Part shown: one piece after another, positions 1 through 9,017 of the stretch
How positions within the stretch are numbered: the stretch's first letter is position 1
Layout: every line of letters starts with the position of its first letter
NCBI GenBank assembly: GCA_963665465.1
Contig: OY762226.1
Span: 4,741,177-4,805,176, forward strand
Source: Vicinamibacterales bacterium
GTDB taxonomy: Bacteria > Acidobacteriota > Vicinamibacteria > Vicinamibacterales > UBA8438
Direction of reading: 5' to 3'
Length of the DNA: 64,000 bases
Notes under the pieces: generated by a model
Database searches by the model: none
What the model saw: only the letters and a program-made list of their open reading frames with translations
Told to the model about the DNA's origin: nothing
Made by a program: the position numbers and the translations under genes

Positions 1-2095
1 CGACCGGGTCGATCGTGCGGTGGCAGTTCGCACAGACGGGATTGCCGCGATGCGCGGCCAGGCGCTCCCGCATCGGGAGGTTGGCGGCGACGGCGTTTTC
101 CTCCAGCGCCGGCACGTTCGGCAGCGGCGGCGGCGGCGGGGCGCCGAGGATGTTCGAGAGCACCCACACCCCACGAATCACGGGCGACGTCCGCGTCGCG
201 TAGGACGTGACCGACAGGATGCTGCCATGCCGCAGCAGGCCGCCGCGCCGGCTGGCCGGGTCGAGCTCCACGCGCCGGAAGCGGGTGCCGTAGACGTTCG
301 GGATGCCGTAGTGCTTCGCCAGCCGTTCGTTGAGAAACGTGTAGTCGGCGCTCAGCAGGTCGAGCACGCCGCCGCCCTCCCGCAACACGCTGTCGAAGAA
401 GCGCTCCGTCTCCTCGCGGAACGCCTGCCGCAGGTTGTCGTCGAAGTCCGGGAAGAGGCGCGTGTTCGGGCTGAGCGAGACCAGATTCCGCAACTGCAGC
501 CATTGCCCGGCGAAGTTGCGGGCGAGATTGTACGAGCGCGGGTCGGCCAGCATCCGCCGCGTCTGCCGCTCGAGCTCGTCGGGCCGGCTCAGCTCGCCGC
601 GCTCCGCGGCCGCGAGCAGCTCGTCGTCCGGAATGCTGCTCCAGAGGAAGAACGAGAGGCGCGAGGCCAGCTCCAGGTCGCTGATGCGGTACGCGGCGCC
701 GGCAGCCGCCCGCTCGGGGTCGAGCTCCACGCGGAACAGGAACTCCGGGTTGATCAGCACCGCGGCGAGCGCGCGTTCGATGCCGTCGTCGAAGCTGCCC
801 GCGGCCCGCGCCTCGCGATAGAACGCCAGCGGCCCCTCGGTGTCGGCGGCGGAGACCGGCCGGCGGTAGGCGCGGCGCATCAGCGTCGCGAGAATCTCCT
901 CCGCGCAGGCCTCCTCCCGGTGCGGCTCGTCCGGCCGGCAGACGAAGAGGCGTCGGCGGCTCGGCGTGTCGGCCGCGCCCTGGGGCGAATAGGGGCCGGT
1001 GATGGTCACCTGGTAGACCGCAGGCGTCTGCCGCGGGTGGCGCTGCTCGTTGAAATGCGACTGGAGCGGCTGGCGCTCGGTTTCGATCAGCGAGCCGCCG
1101 TCCCTGGCGAACGTGACGCCGAGCTCGTGCGGGCCGGCGGTGACCGGCACGCGCACCTGCAGGTTGCGGTCCAGCAGCGTGTCGTCGCCGCCGGGCGGCC
1201 GGGCCACCGTGAAGCTCGCCACCACCGCGCGGTCGAGCAGCAGCTCGAGCTCGTGCGGCCGCGGGTCGCGCAGGCCCCCGATATTCCCGCTGCGATTGCG
1301 CGCCAGGCGCACCTGGATGTCGTACTCGCCGTCCTGTGCGAACGTATGCGAGACCAGCACGCCGCCGCGGGTGCCGATCGGCAGGCCGGGGACGTGCGCC
1401 TCCTGCGTCGTGTCGGGCGGGACGCGAATGACGGCGCTGTCGGCCGCCACGCGCCGCGCGCCGACCGCGAGGCGGCTGATGTTGCGCGCCGCGGAGATGT
1501 AGCGGTCGAGCAGGGCCGGGGGCAGATCGCCCACGGTGACGTTGTCGAAGCCGTGGCCGCTCTCGTCCGGCGGCAGCAGCGCCGCGGCGTCGATGTCGAG
1601 CGCCAGCAGGTCGCGGACGGCGTTCTGGTACTCGGTCCGGTTGAGGCGCCGCAGCGTCTCCGTGCGGCCCGGATTCGGATGGGCGTCCGCGGCGGCGTCG
1701 AGCGACGTCTCCAGCCACGCGAGAACCGCCCGGCGGTCCGCATCGGGCGGCTGCGGCCTGTTCGACGGCGGCATCGTGCCCGTGCGCAGCTTCTGCACCA
1801 CCTTCTCCCACACCGGGGCGTCCGCGGCGACGTGGGCGAGGTCGAGGGCTTCCAGGCTCAGGCCGGCGGTCTCGAGCCGCTGGCTGTGGCAGGTCAGGCA
1901 GTAGCGGTCCAGCAACCGGCGGCCGGCCGCCGCCGACGGGGTTGGCGCGGCAGCGACCGTCGCGGGCGACGCCTCGGCATGCGCCGCCGGCTGCTGCGCG
2001 GACGATGCGGCGGGCAGGCCGACGAGTACGGTCAGGGCCAAGCCCGCGCACACGACTCCAATCCTGAGGACGGACTCGTGCATCATCTGTTTCAT
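1..2095 (-). CDS. DUF1592/DUF1588/DUF1585-family exported protein with N-terminal c-type haem motif; the 3' end runs off the left edge
   Basis: Absent from the ORF track because it has no stop inside the window. My reverse-complement translation from the ATG at 2095 reads MKQMMHESVLRIGVVCAGLALTVLVG...RYCLTCHSQR...FLWSSIPDDELL...GNPVCANCHRTIDPV. It is collinear with the paralogs at 24866-27289 and 29340-31838. The + strand ORF 20-2689 over this region is its antisense shadow. Confidence 0.85.
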   Translation of the reverse strand, partial: MKQMMHESVLRIGVVCAGLALTVLVGLPAASSAQQPAAHAEASPATVAAAPTPSAAAGRRLLDRYCLTCHSQRLETAGLSLEALDLAHVAADAPVWEKVVQKLRTGTMPPSNRPQPPDADRRAVLAWLETSLDAAADAHPNPGRTETLRRLNRTEYQNAVRDLLALDIDAAALLPPDESGHGFDNVTVGDLPPALLDRYISAARNISRLAVGARRVAADSAVIRVPPDTTQEAHVPGLPIGTRGGVLVSHTFAQDGEYDIQVRLARNRSGNIGGLRDPRPHELELLLDRAVVASFTVARPPGGDDTLLDRNLQVRVPVTAGPHELGVTFARDGGSLIETERQPLQSHFNEQRHPRQTPAVYQVTITGPYSPQGAADTPSRRRLFVCRPDEPHREEACAEEILATLMRRAYRRPVSAADTEGPLAFYREARAAGSFDDGIERALAAVLINPEFLFRVELDPERAAAGAAYRISDLELASRLSFFLWSSIPDDELLAAAERGELSRPDELERQTRRMLADPRSYNLARNFAGQWLQLRNLVSLSPNTRLFPDFDDNLRQAFREETERFFDSVLREGGGVLDLLSADYTFLNERLAKHYGIPNVYGTRFRRVELDPASRRGGLLRHGSILSVTSYATRTSPVIRGVWVLSNILGAPPPPPLPNVPALEENAVAANLPMRERLAAHRGNPVCANCHRTIDPV

Positions 2096-2182
2096 CGGGC
2101 CATTGTAGGTTCCGGCCAGCCGGAATCCAAGACCGAAGTTGCCTATCCCGCGATCCGCTGCAGCGCTATAGTGGAGGCGGAC

Positions 2183-2689
2183 ATGTCCAGCTCCTACCAC
2201 GACTTCGAGACGCCTATCGGCATCCTGCGCCTGGTGGGCGACGAGCGACATCTCCGACGCGTCGACCTGCCCAACGCGGCGGCTCGTGCACCCGCTGCGG
2301 CGTGGCGCGAGAAACGCCGCGCGCTGCCCGGGCCGCTGGACGCGGCGAAACGCCAGCTCGCGGAGTACTTCGACGGGCTCCGCCGCGACTTCGATCTGCC
2401 GCTCGCTCCGGACGGCACGACGTTCCAGCGTCGAGTATGGGACGAGCTCCGCCGCATCTCGTACGGCGAAACCGTCTCTTACGGCGAGCTGGCGCGCCGC
2501 ATCGGCAAGCCGACGGCGTCACGGGCGGTGGGCGCGGCCAACGGCCGCAACCCGCTCGCCATCGTCGTGCCGTGCCACCGGGTGATCGGCGCCGACGGCA
2601 CCCTCACCGGCTACGGCGGCGGTCTGCCGGTCAAGCAGGCGCTCCTCGCCCTCGAACGCCGGGCGGCCCCGGCGCCAGCGTCTGCCTAG
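2183..2689 (+). CDS. ogt: methylated-DNA--protein-cysteine S-methyltransferase
   Basis: Only the last 168 aa of ORF 20-2689 look real. They start at the in-frame ATG at 2183 ([20 protein letters not shown]...). The active-site motif is [10 protein letters not shown], preceded by [25 protein letters not shown]. Confidence 0.9.
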   Translation: MSSSYHDFETPIGILRLVGDERHLRRVDLPNAAARAPAAAWREKRRALPGPLDAAKRQLAEYFDGLRRDFDLPLAPDGTTFQRRVWDELRRISYGETVSYGELARRIGKPTASRAVGAANGRNPLAIVVPCHRVIGADGTLTGYGGGLPVKQALLALERRAAPAPASA

Positions 2690-3440
2690 ACTCGCCAGCC
2701 TGTTCGGTTCGGGACGGCTCCGTCAGGCGGGCGGCGAACCGGCGGTGTGCGTCCGCGTCGATGCCCGCCTGCAGCTCCCGGAGGGCGGCGGCGAGGTCGC
2801 CGTTCAGCAGCGCGGGGACGGTCAGGCGCAGGCCGGGGAAGACGCGGCTGTGGACGACGCCGGCGTCGTCGGCGGGCAGGGGGCGGTAGTCGCCGTCCGT
2901 CAGCTCGAACCAGTCGATGCACTGTTCCTGGGTGCGCCAGACGACGTACTCTTGCACTCCGTTGCGGCGGTAGGCGCGCAGCTTGTCGTGCAGGTCGATC
3001 GACGCGCTGCTGGCGGCGACTTCGACGACCAGCTCCGGCGCGCCTTCGAGGTAGTCGGCGGCACTCACGCGGGATCGCCCGCCCGCCTCGGGCGCGAGGC
3101 AGAGCAGCGCGTCGGGCTGCGGTTCGTTGTCGAGATCGAGGCGGAGGGTGGCGTTGTCGTAGCCGTGGACGCCGGGCGTTGACGCGGCGTACACGAGCAG
3201 CACGGTCTGAATCATCGCGTGCGGTCCCGCATGGGCCACGCTCACCGGCGACGGCATGTACACGACCCCCTCGATCAGTTGCGCCTTCTTCAGGTCGGGC
3301 CGCAGGGCGTAGCGGCGCTCGAACTCGTAGCGCGTGAGCCGGTCGCCGTTCTCCAGCGTCGGCGCGCGGAGGGCAGGGGCCCGCGGAGGCAAGAGGGTGT
3401 CGGGCGCGCCGGACCGTGACGTGACGTCGATCTCAGCCAT
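2631..3440 (-). CDS. Uma2-family (DUF820) endonuclease, copy 1
   Basis: ORF 2631-3479, trimmed to MAEIDV at 3440. Motifs: [10 protein letters not shown]...[15 protein letters not shown]...PQPDALLC...[34 protein letters not shown]. It converges on ogt with a 59-nt overlap. Confidence 0.75.
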   Translation of the reverse strand: MAEIDVTSRSGAPDTLLPPRAPALRAPTLENGDRLTRYEFERRYALRPDLKKAQLIEGVVYMPSPVSVAHAGPHAMIQTVLLVYAASTPGVHGYDNATLRLDLDNEPQPDALLCLAPEAGGRSRVSAADYLEGAPELVVEVAASSASIDLHDKLRAYRRNGVQEYVVWRTQEQCIDWFELTDGDYRPLPADDAGVVHSRVFPGLRLTVPALLNGDLAAALRELQAGIDADAHRRFAARLTEPSRTEQAGESRQTLAPGPPGVRGRGAPA

Positions 3441-3524
3441 GCCGGGTGATGCCTCCAGCCCGCAACTCCTAGGGTTCATGATGCCACACCCGTCGTCGCC
3501 CGCGGCTGCCGCATCCTATGCCCC

Positions 3525-5564
3525 CTATAGCGGCAGGCGGAAGGCGATGTACTCGCCCGAGTAGGTGCGTCCGCTGATGGCGAGCACGATGTACTGCCGC
3601 CCGTCCGCCAGGTAGGTCATCGGCGAGCCCGACTGCGGGGCCGGCATGAAGACCGCGCCGACCTCCCGGCCCGTCGCCTTGTCATAGGCCCGGAGCATGG
3701 CGCCCCGCCCGGCCTCCGTCCGGTGGTAGCCGCACTCGCCCATCACGACCAGCGTCCGGGTGACGAGCGGGCCGATCAGGTGGATGCACCGCTCGCCGGT
3801 GCGCGGAATCTCCAGGTCCCGCAGCGCGGGGTGATTTCGAACGCGGTCGGGCGTGTCGCCGTGCGGCGTCTGCCACAGGATGTCGCCGCGGTCGAGGTCG
3901 ATCGCGGACAGGCGCCCGTAGGGCGGCTTGACCAGCGGCAGCCCGCGCACGTTCAGGTCGCGCAGCCCGCCGTGGCCGACGCCGTACTTCGTCGTTCCCT
4001 TCACGTAGCGCATGTCCGAGACGTCCGGCCCGGGCGTCGGGATCAGCTCCCAGGAGTAGAACCCGGTCCGTGACGGGACGTACAGGATGTGGGTCTCGGG
4101 GTCGTAGCCGCCGCCGGGCCAGTTCGTGCCGCCGCTGCCGGCGCCCAGCCCGAGCGTGGCGATCGGACCGCCCTCGCGGCTGACAACCGGCGGCGTGAAG
4201 AGGGGCCCGAGCCGGTAGCGCGACACCAGCTCGACGGCCTCGGCGCGCAGCTCGGGCGTGAAGTCGATCAGGTCGTCGATGGATGCGCCCTGCCGGTCGT
4301 ACGCCGGCGGCCGGGTGGGGAACGGCTGGGTCGGGGAGTACCACTCGCCCGGCACGTCGCCCTGCGGCACCGGCCGCTCCTCGATCGGCCAGACGGGCTC
4401 GCCGGTGACCCGGTCGAAGACGTACAGGAACGCCTGCTTGCCGGGCTGCGCAACCGCCTTGATCGCCCGCCCGTCGACGGTGATGTCGGCCAGGATCGGG
4501 GGGCTGGCCATGTCGAAGCCCCAGATCGGGTGGTGCACGAGCTGGAAGTGCCACAGCCGCTCGCCGGTGAGCAGGTCGACCGCCACCAGGCTCTCGCCGA
4601 AGAGGTTGTCGCCCGGCCGGTGGCCGCCGTAGTAGTCGCCCGACGGCGTCTCGACCGGCAGATAGACGATGCCGAGGTCCGCATCGGCCGAGATCTGTGT
4701 CCAGACGCCGTTGTTGCCGTTGGTCCCCCACGAGTCGTTCAGCCAGGTGTCGGCGCCGAACTCGCCGGGGCGCGGGACGGTGTTGAAGACCCACAGGCGC
4801 CGGCCGGTGCGGATGTCGAACGCCTGCACCAGGCCCTTGGTGTTGTTGTGCGTCCGCGGCGCCGGGGCGTCGGCGAACGTGCCGCCCACGACGACGACGT
4901 CGCGCGCCACGGTGGGCGTGGCGTGCAGGCCTATCTCCCCGCTGACGAGGTCGATGGGGCGGCCGTCGCCCACGACGGCCGCCGCCTTGAGGTCGACGAT
5001 CCCGCCGTCGCCGAAGCCGGGGTCCCGCAGGCCGGTGGCGGCGTCGAGCGCCACGAGGCGGAACCCGAGCGTGACGTAGAGGATGCGGGCCTCCGTGCCG
5101 TTGGTCCAGTACGCCAGCCCGCGCCCCGACAGCAGGCGGGGCGCCTGCGCCGCCCGCTCGCCCTCGTGCTCGCTGTGCATCCACAGCAGCTCGCCGCTGG
5201 CGGCGTCCAGCGCCACGACCGCGCGCCGGGTGCCCGCGGTCGCGTAGAGCACCCCGCCGGCCATGATCGGCGTTCCCTCGAGCTTGAACTCCGGGGCCGG
5301 GCCGAGATTGTCGGTCTTGAAGCGCCAGGCGATCTCGAGCTCGCCGAAGTTCGACGCGTCGATCTGGTCCAGCGGCGAGTAGCGCGTGTGCCCGGCGTCG
5401 CCGCCGTAGCTGGGCCATTCGCCGGCCGTGGTGGTGAGCGGCCGCCACGCCTGGCCGGCCGCGTTCGCCGCCAGCAGACCGAAGCCGAGGGCGAGCACGA
5501 TCGCGCGCGGGGTCACGGGGCGCTCCCCGCAGGTCGGTAGCCAGTCTTGCATGGCCCGTATCAT
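3525..5564 (-). CDS. PQQ-dependent (quinoprotein) dehydrogenase, exported
   Basis: ORF 3525-5822, trimmed to MIRAMQDW at 5564. Signal-like AIVLALGFGLLAANAAG is followed by EWPSYGGDAGHTRYSPLDQIDASNFGELEIAWRF and repeated beta-propeller W/G motifs. Confidence 0.8.
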   Translation of the reverse strand: MIRAMQDWLPTCGERPVTPRAIVLALGFGLLAANAAGQAWRPLTTTAGEWPSYGGDAGHTRYSPLDQIDASNFGELEIAWRFKTDNLGPAPEFKLEGTPIMAGGVLYATAGTRRAVVALDAASGELLWMHSEHEGERAAQAPRLLSGRGLAYWTNGTEARILYVTLGFRLVALDAATGLRDPGFGDGGIVDLKAAAVVGDGRPIDLVSGEIGLHATPTVARDVVVVGGTFADAPAPRTHNNTKGLVQAFDIRTGRRLWVFNTVPRPGEFGADTWLNDSWGTNGNNGVWTQISADADLGIVYLPVETPSGDYYGGHRPGDNLFGESLVAVDLLTGERLWHFQLVHHPIWGFDMASPPILADITVDGRAIKAVAQPGKQAFLYVFDRVTGEPVWPIEERPVPQGDVPGEWYSPTQPFPTRPPAYDRQGASIDDLIDFTPELRAEAVELVSRYRLGPLFTPPVVSREGGPIATLGLGAGSGGTNWPGGGYDPETHILYVPSRTGFYSWELIPTPGPDVSDMRYVKGTTKYGVGHGGLRDLNVRGLPLVKPPYGRLSAIDLDRGDILWQTPHGDTPDRVRNHPALRDLEIPRTGERCIHLIGPLVTRTLVVMGECGYHRTEAGRGAMLRAYDKATGREVGAVFMPAPQSGSPMTYLADGRQYIVLAISGRTYSGEYIAFRLPL

Positions 5565-5634
5565 AGCGCCGCGCCCGCCGCGTCCGCCGCCGGGCTCGAG
5601 GGCGACGCCGGGGCTGTATACTGCCGGCAGACCG

Positions 5635-7377
5635 GTGCGAACCCTCCCCGCGGGCGTGCTGCTCGTCGCCGGATGGCTGGTGTTCGGCGTTGCGTCCGCC
5701 GCTGCCGGCGGCGGTGCGCCGCAGCCCCCGGCAGGGCTGGTCACGCCCCCCGCACAGTTCGTCCCCGACGTCACCGAGTCCGAGGCCGCTCTGGAAGCGG
5801 TGCAACGGAGCCTCGACGACACCCTGGTCGCCGGCCTGCGGACGTTCGACTGGGCGACGGCGGCCGGCGGGCTGTCCGACGGGTTCCGCGGCCGCTTTCC
5901 GGCGCCGGACGCCGGGCGCGTCGTCGCGGACGGCCGCCTCGCCGTTCGCCGCTACGCGCCGGCTGCCTCGCAGCCGCTGGACCGCGAGGCGTTCCTGGCG
6001 GTGCTGCGCCGCCACACCGCCGGCTGGACCGCCGTCGAGCGCGCCTCGTGGCACGCCTTCGAGTTCCTGCTGGAGCCGGCGCGCGACCGGGCGTTCGTCA
6101 AGGCGCACCTGCAGCTCGGCGGACCGGATCCGGCCGGCGCGCGGTCGGTGCTCGACGCCACGGTGCACGCCGGCGTGAGCGAGGTGGCCCCCGGCCGCTG
6201 GCGTCTCGAGCGGCTCGACGTCGTCGAGGCGACGGTGGTCCGCAGCCCGCATCCGCCGTTCCGGGAGATCACCGATGCCACCGGGTTCCATTTCAACCGC
6301 TCGGAGGCCAACCGCGAGCTGCGGCAGGCGATCGTGGACACGCGCTCGAGCCTCGTCGATTCCGGGCTGGCCGTGGTCGACTGGAACGGCGACGGGTTCT
6401 GGGACCTGCTGGCGACCGAGTCGATGAACCAGGGGGTGCTGTTCCTCAACGACGGCCGGGGCGGCTTCGTGCGCGCGGCGCTGCCCTACGACGACCCGCG
6501 GCTGATTCCCTCGCAGGCCCTCTTCGTCGACCTCGACGGCGACGGTCTGGAGGAACTGGTCGGCAACCGGGTGCTCTACAGCGCGGGGCGCGGCTCGATC
6601 GGCCTGCACACGCGCCGCGACGGCCGCTGGCAGTTTCTCCCCGACGCGCTCGAGTTCGACAATCCGTCGGGCGCGCAGCGCGCGGATGCCCAGCCGCTGA
6701 CCGCCGGCGACGTGAACGGCGACGGGCTGATCGACATCGTGGTGGCCGGCTACGAGACCGACCGGTCGCGCGATCCGGAACGCTTCAACCGGGTGGACGC
6801 GCGGGACGGCGCGGACACCCTGCTGTTCATCAACCGCGGCAATCTGCGGTTCACGGAGGAATCGGACGCGCGCGGCATATCCGGCACGCGCTACACCTAC
6901 GCCGCGCACCTCTTCGACTTCGACGGCGACGGCGACCTCGACCTCTTCGAGGGCAACGACTACGGCGCCAACGAGCTGTGGGACAACCAGGGCGGCGCGT
7001 TCCGCGCGCTGACGGATCATCCGCTCGCCGGCGACGCCGCCAACACGATGGGCATTGCGGTCGCCGACTGGGACAACAGCGGCCGCTGGAGCCTGCACCT
7101 CTCGAACATGTACTCGCACGCCGGGCAGCGCGTAGTTCGTCTGGCGCAGGGTCTCGCCGGCGCCATGCGGGAGCGCCTGGGACGACTCGCCGCCGGCAAC
7201 CAGCTCTTCGTCCAGGGGCCGGACGGCTGGGACGACCGGGCCGCGGCGCTGGGCGTGAGCGACGCGGGCTGGGCCTGGGCGTCGCTGTTCTACGACCTCG
7301 ACAACGACGGCGACCAGGAGCTGTTCGTCACCAACGGGAACACGAGTCACCGCGACCCCGCGGCGCCCGACTACTGA
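5635..7377 (+). CDS. FG-GAP/VCBS-repeat protein; N-terminal part of a longer frame that is interrupted by TGA 7375-7377
   Basis: ORF 5428-7377. Repeats include DWNGDGFWDLL, DLDGDGLEELV, GDVNGDGLIDIVV, FDFDGDGDLDLF and YDLDNDGDQELFV. The start is uncertain: GTG 5635 precedes the hydrophobic segment VRTLPAGVLLVAGWLVFGVASAAA, while ATG 5551 would overlap the divergent PQQ gene. Confidence 0.75.
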   Translation: MRTLPAGVLLVAGWLVFGVASAAAGGGAPQPPAGLVTPPAQFVPDVTESEAALEAVQRSLDDTLVAGLRTFDWATAAGGLSDGFRGRFPAPDAGRVVADGRLAVRRYAPAASQPLDREAFLAVLRRHTAGWTAVERASWHAFEFLLEPARDRAFVKAHLQLGGPDPAGARSVLDATVHAGVSEVAPGRWRLERLDVVEATVVRSPHPPFREITDATGFHFNRSEANRELRQAIVDTRSSLVDSGLAVVDWNGDGFWDLLATESMNQGVLFLNDGRGGFVRAALPYDDPRLIPSQALFVDLDGDGLEELVGNRVLYSAGRGSIGLHTRRDGRWQFLPDALEFDNPSGAQRADAQPLTAGDVNGDGLIDIVVAGYETDRSRDPERFNRVDARDGADTLLFINRGNLRFTEESDARGISGTRYTYAAHLFDFDGDGDLDLFEGNDYGANELWDNQGGAFRALTDHPLAGDAANTMGIAVADWDNSGRWSLHLSNMYSHAGQRVVRLAQGLAGAMRERLGRLAAGNQLFVQGPDGWDDRAAALGVSDAGWAWASLFYDLDNDGDQELFVTNGNTSHRDPAAPDY

Positions 7378-9003
7378 CCGTTCTTCTGGCGACAGGTTGT
7401 CGCCGACGCCGAAGCGATCGAACGGGCATCGCCGTTCGCGCCGGTGGCGGTCGGGGAGCGGCGTGCGTTCCGCGGCTCGTTCAGCGGCTACGAGCGCGAC
7501 CGGCTCTTCTACAACGCGGGCGGGGCGCTGGTCGGGAGCGCGTACGTCTTCGGGCTCGACGGCGACCACGACGGCCGCGCCGCCGCGCCGGTGGACGTCG
7601 ACGGCGACGGCGACCTCGATCTCGCGCTGCTGACCCTGCGCGGCCTGCGGCTGTTCGAGAACACGTCGGACGAGCACGCGCGGCCGGAGACCCGCCGCTA
7701 CGCGCGCGTGCGGCTGGCGGCCACGCGCTCGGCAGCTCCCGCCCTGGGCGCCGTGGTGACGCTGGAGGCGGGCGGCGCCACCCGCCGCGACTACGTGCGG
7801 ATCACCGAAGGTTTCCAGACGCAGGTGCCGCTCGATCTGCACTTCGGCCTGGGCGCCGCCGGGCGTGTCGAGCGCCTCACGGTCGCGTGGCCGTCGGGCG
7901 CCCGCGAGACGTGGAGCGACCTGCCCGCGGACCGGCTGCTGCGCGTGGTGGAGGGCCGCCCGGAGGTGGGGGTCGACGTGCTGCCGCGTTGGCCGGAGGG
8001 CACGCGGCCCAGGCCGGTCGGCCCGCCGTCGACCGCGGTGGACCTGCCGCGGCTGGGGGGCGGCGCCGGGCCGCTGACGTCCGGCGGACGGCCCGCGGTG
8101 GTCAACTTCTGGGCCCCCTGGTGCGCGCCGTGCAACGTGGAGCTGCCGCAGCTCGTGGCGCTGGCGGGACGCTACGGGGGCCGCGTCGACTTCGCCGGCG
8201 TCAGCGTGGAAGTGGACGATCTGGACTCGGTCCGCGGCATGGTCCGCGACCTGGGCGTGCCGTATCCGCAGTTCCTCGCCGACGCACCGGTGATGGAGCG
8301 CTTTTTCGGCGGCGCCGACGCGGCGGCGCTCCCCTCGACGTACGTGTTCGACGCCCGGGGCCGCCTGCGGCGCCAATTCCGGGGTCCGATCACCGAGGCC
8401 GACCTCGACGCGCTGCTGCAGTCGCTGCGCGACGAGGGCCTGTTCGAGGCGGACCTCGAGCTGGCGGCCCGGTCGGCGGCCCGGGCGGGCGACCTCGAGC
8501 AGGCCATCGCGCACTACCGCCGGCTCGCCGCGCGCCGGCCGGGGAGCGCGCAGCCGCTCTACCGCATCGGCGTGGCGGCGCTGGCGCTGGGCGACGTGGA
8601 GCAGGCCCGCGACGCGCTGGAGCAGGCGGTCAGCCGCGCGCCGGCCCACCCGCTGGCGCAGTTCCACCTCGGTCTGGCGCGGCTGCGCTCGGGGCAGCCG
8701 GGGCAGGGGTTCGCCAGCCTGCAGGCGTCGCTGGCGCTGGCCGGACGGGACCCGGCCGCGTTGACGAGCCTGGGCAGCGCGGCGGCGGCGGCGGGGCAGC
8801 TGTGGCTCGCGGTCGACGCGCTGTCGCTGGCGGTGGAGGCGGATCCCGCCTCGTCGTCCGCCTGGCTGGGCAAGGCGCGCGCGCACCGTGCCCGGCGGGA
8901 GCTCGACCGCGCGGCGGCCGCCTACCAGCAGGCGCTGGCGCTCGAGCCGGAGAACGCGGCGGCCCGGCGCGAGCTGAGCGGCCTGACTTCCGACCAGCGG
9001 TAG
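7378..9003 (+). CDS. Same-frame continuation: ASPIC/UnbV-like region, TlpA/ResA-like thioredoxin domain and TPR repeats
   Basis: The ORF track starts at GTG 7444, but the frame is open from 7378 and is the same frame as 5428-7377. The region right after the TGA reads PFFWRQVVADAE. Further motifs: VDVDGDGDLDLAL, VTLEAGGATRRDYV...WPSG, the redox motif VVNFWAPWCAPCNVELPQL, then TPR-like helices. Confidence 0.75.
   Translation, partial: PFFWRQVVADAEAIERASPFAPVAVGERRAFRGSFSGYERDRLFYNAGGALVGSAYVFGLDGDHDGRAAAPVDVDGDGDLDLALLTLRGLRLFENTSDEHARPETRRYARVRLAATRSAAPALGAVVTLEAGGATRRDYVRITEGFQTQVPLDLHFGLGAAGRVERLTVAWPSGARETWSDLPADRLLRVVEGRPEVGVDVLPRWPEGTRPRPVGPPSTAVDLPRLGGGAGPLTSGGRPAVVNFWAPWCAPCNVELPQLVALAGRYGGRVDFAGVSVEVDDLDSVRGMVRDLGVPYPQFLADAPVMERFFGGADAAALPSTYVFDARGRLRRQFRGPITEADLDALLQSLRDEGLFEADLELAARSAARAGDLEQAIAHYRRLAARRPGSAQPLYRIGVAALALGDVEQARDALEQAVSRAPAHPLAQFHLGLARLRSGQPGQGFASLQASLALAGRDPAALTSLGSAAAAAGQLWLAVDALSLAVEADPASSSAWLGKARAHRARRELDRAAAAYQQALALEPENAAARRELSGLTSDQR
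7388..7404 (+). promoter_or_regulatory. 17-nt hairpin 10 nt 3' of the in-frame TGA (SECIS-like candidate)
   Basis: GGCGACA-GGT-TGTCGCC forms a perfect 7-bp stem with a 3-nt loop. The context is TGA CCGTTCTTCT followed by the hairpin. Confidence 0.45.
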
Positions 9004-9017
9004 TCCGTCGCCCACGC

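Noticed and set aside
20-2182. Upstream 720 codons of ORF 20-2689
   Set aside because: This is the antisense shadow of the minus-strand DUF1592-family gene (compare the equivalent shadow 25088-27481). Only the ogt part from 2183 is real.
5547-9017. 5' two-thirds of the 2082-aa plus-strand ORF 5547-11795
   Set aside because: It is off-frame over the FG-GAP/thioredoxin gene and reads as Arg/Gly/Pro low complexity. Only the part from ATG 9018 onward reads like a protein.
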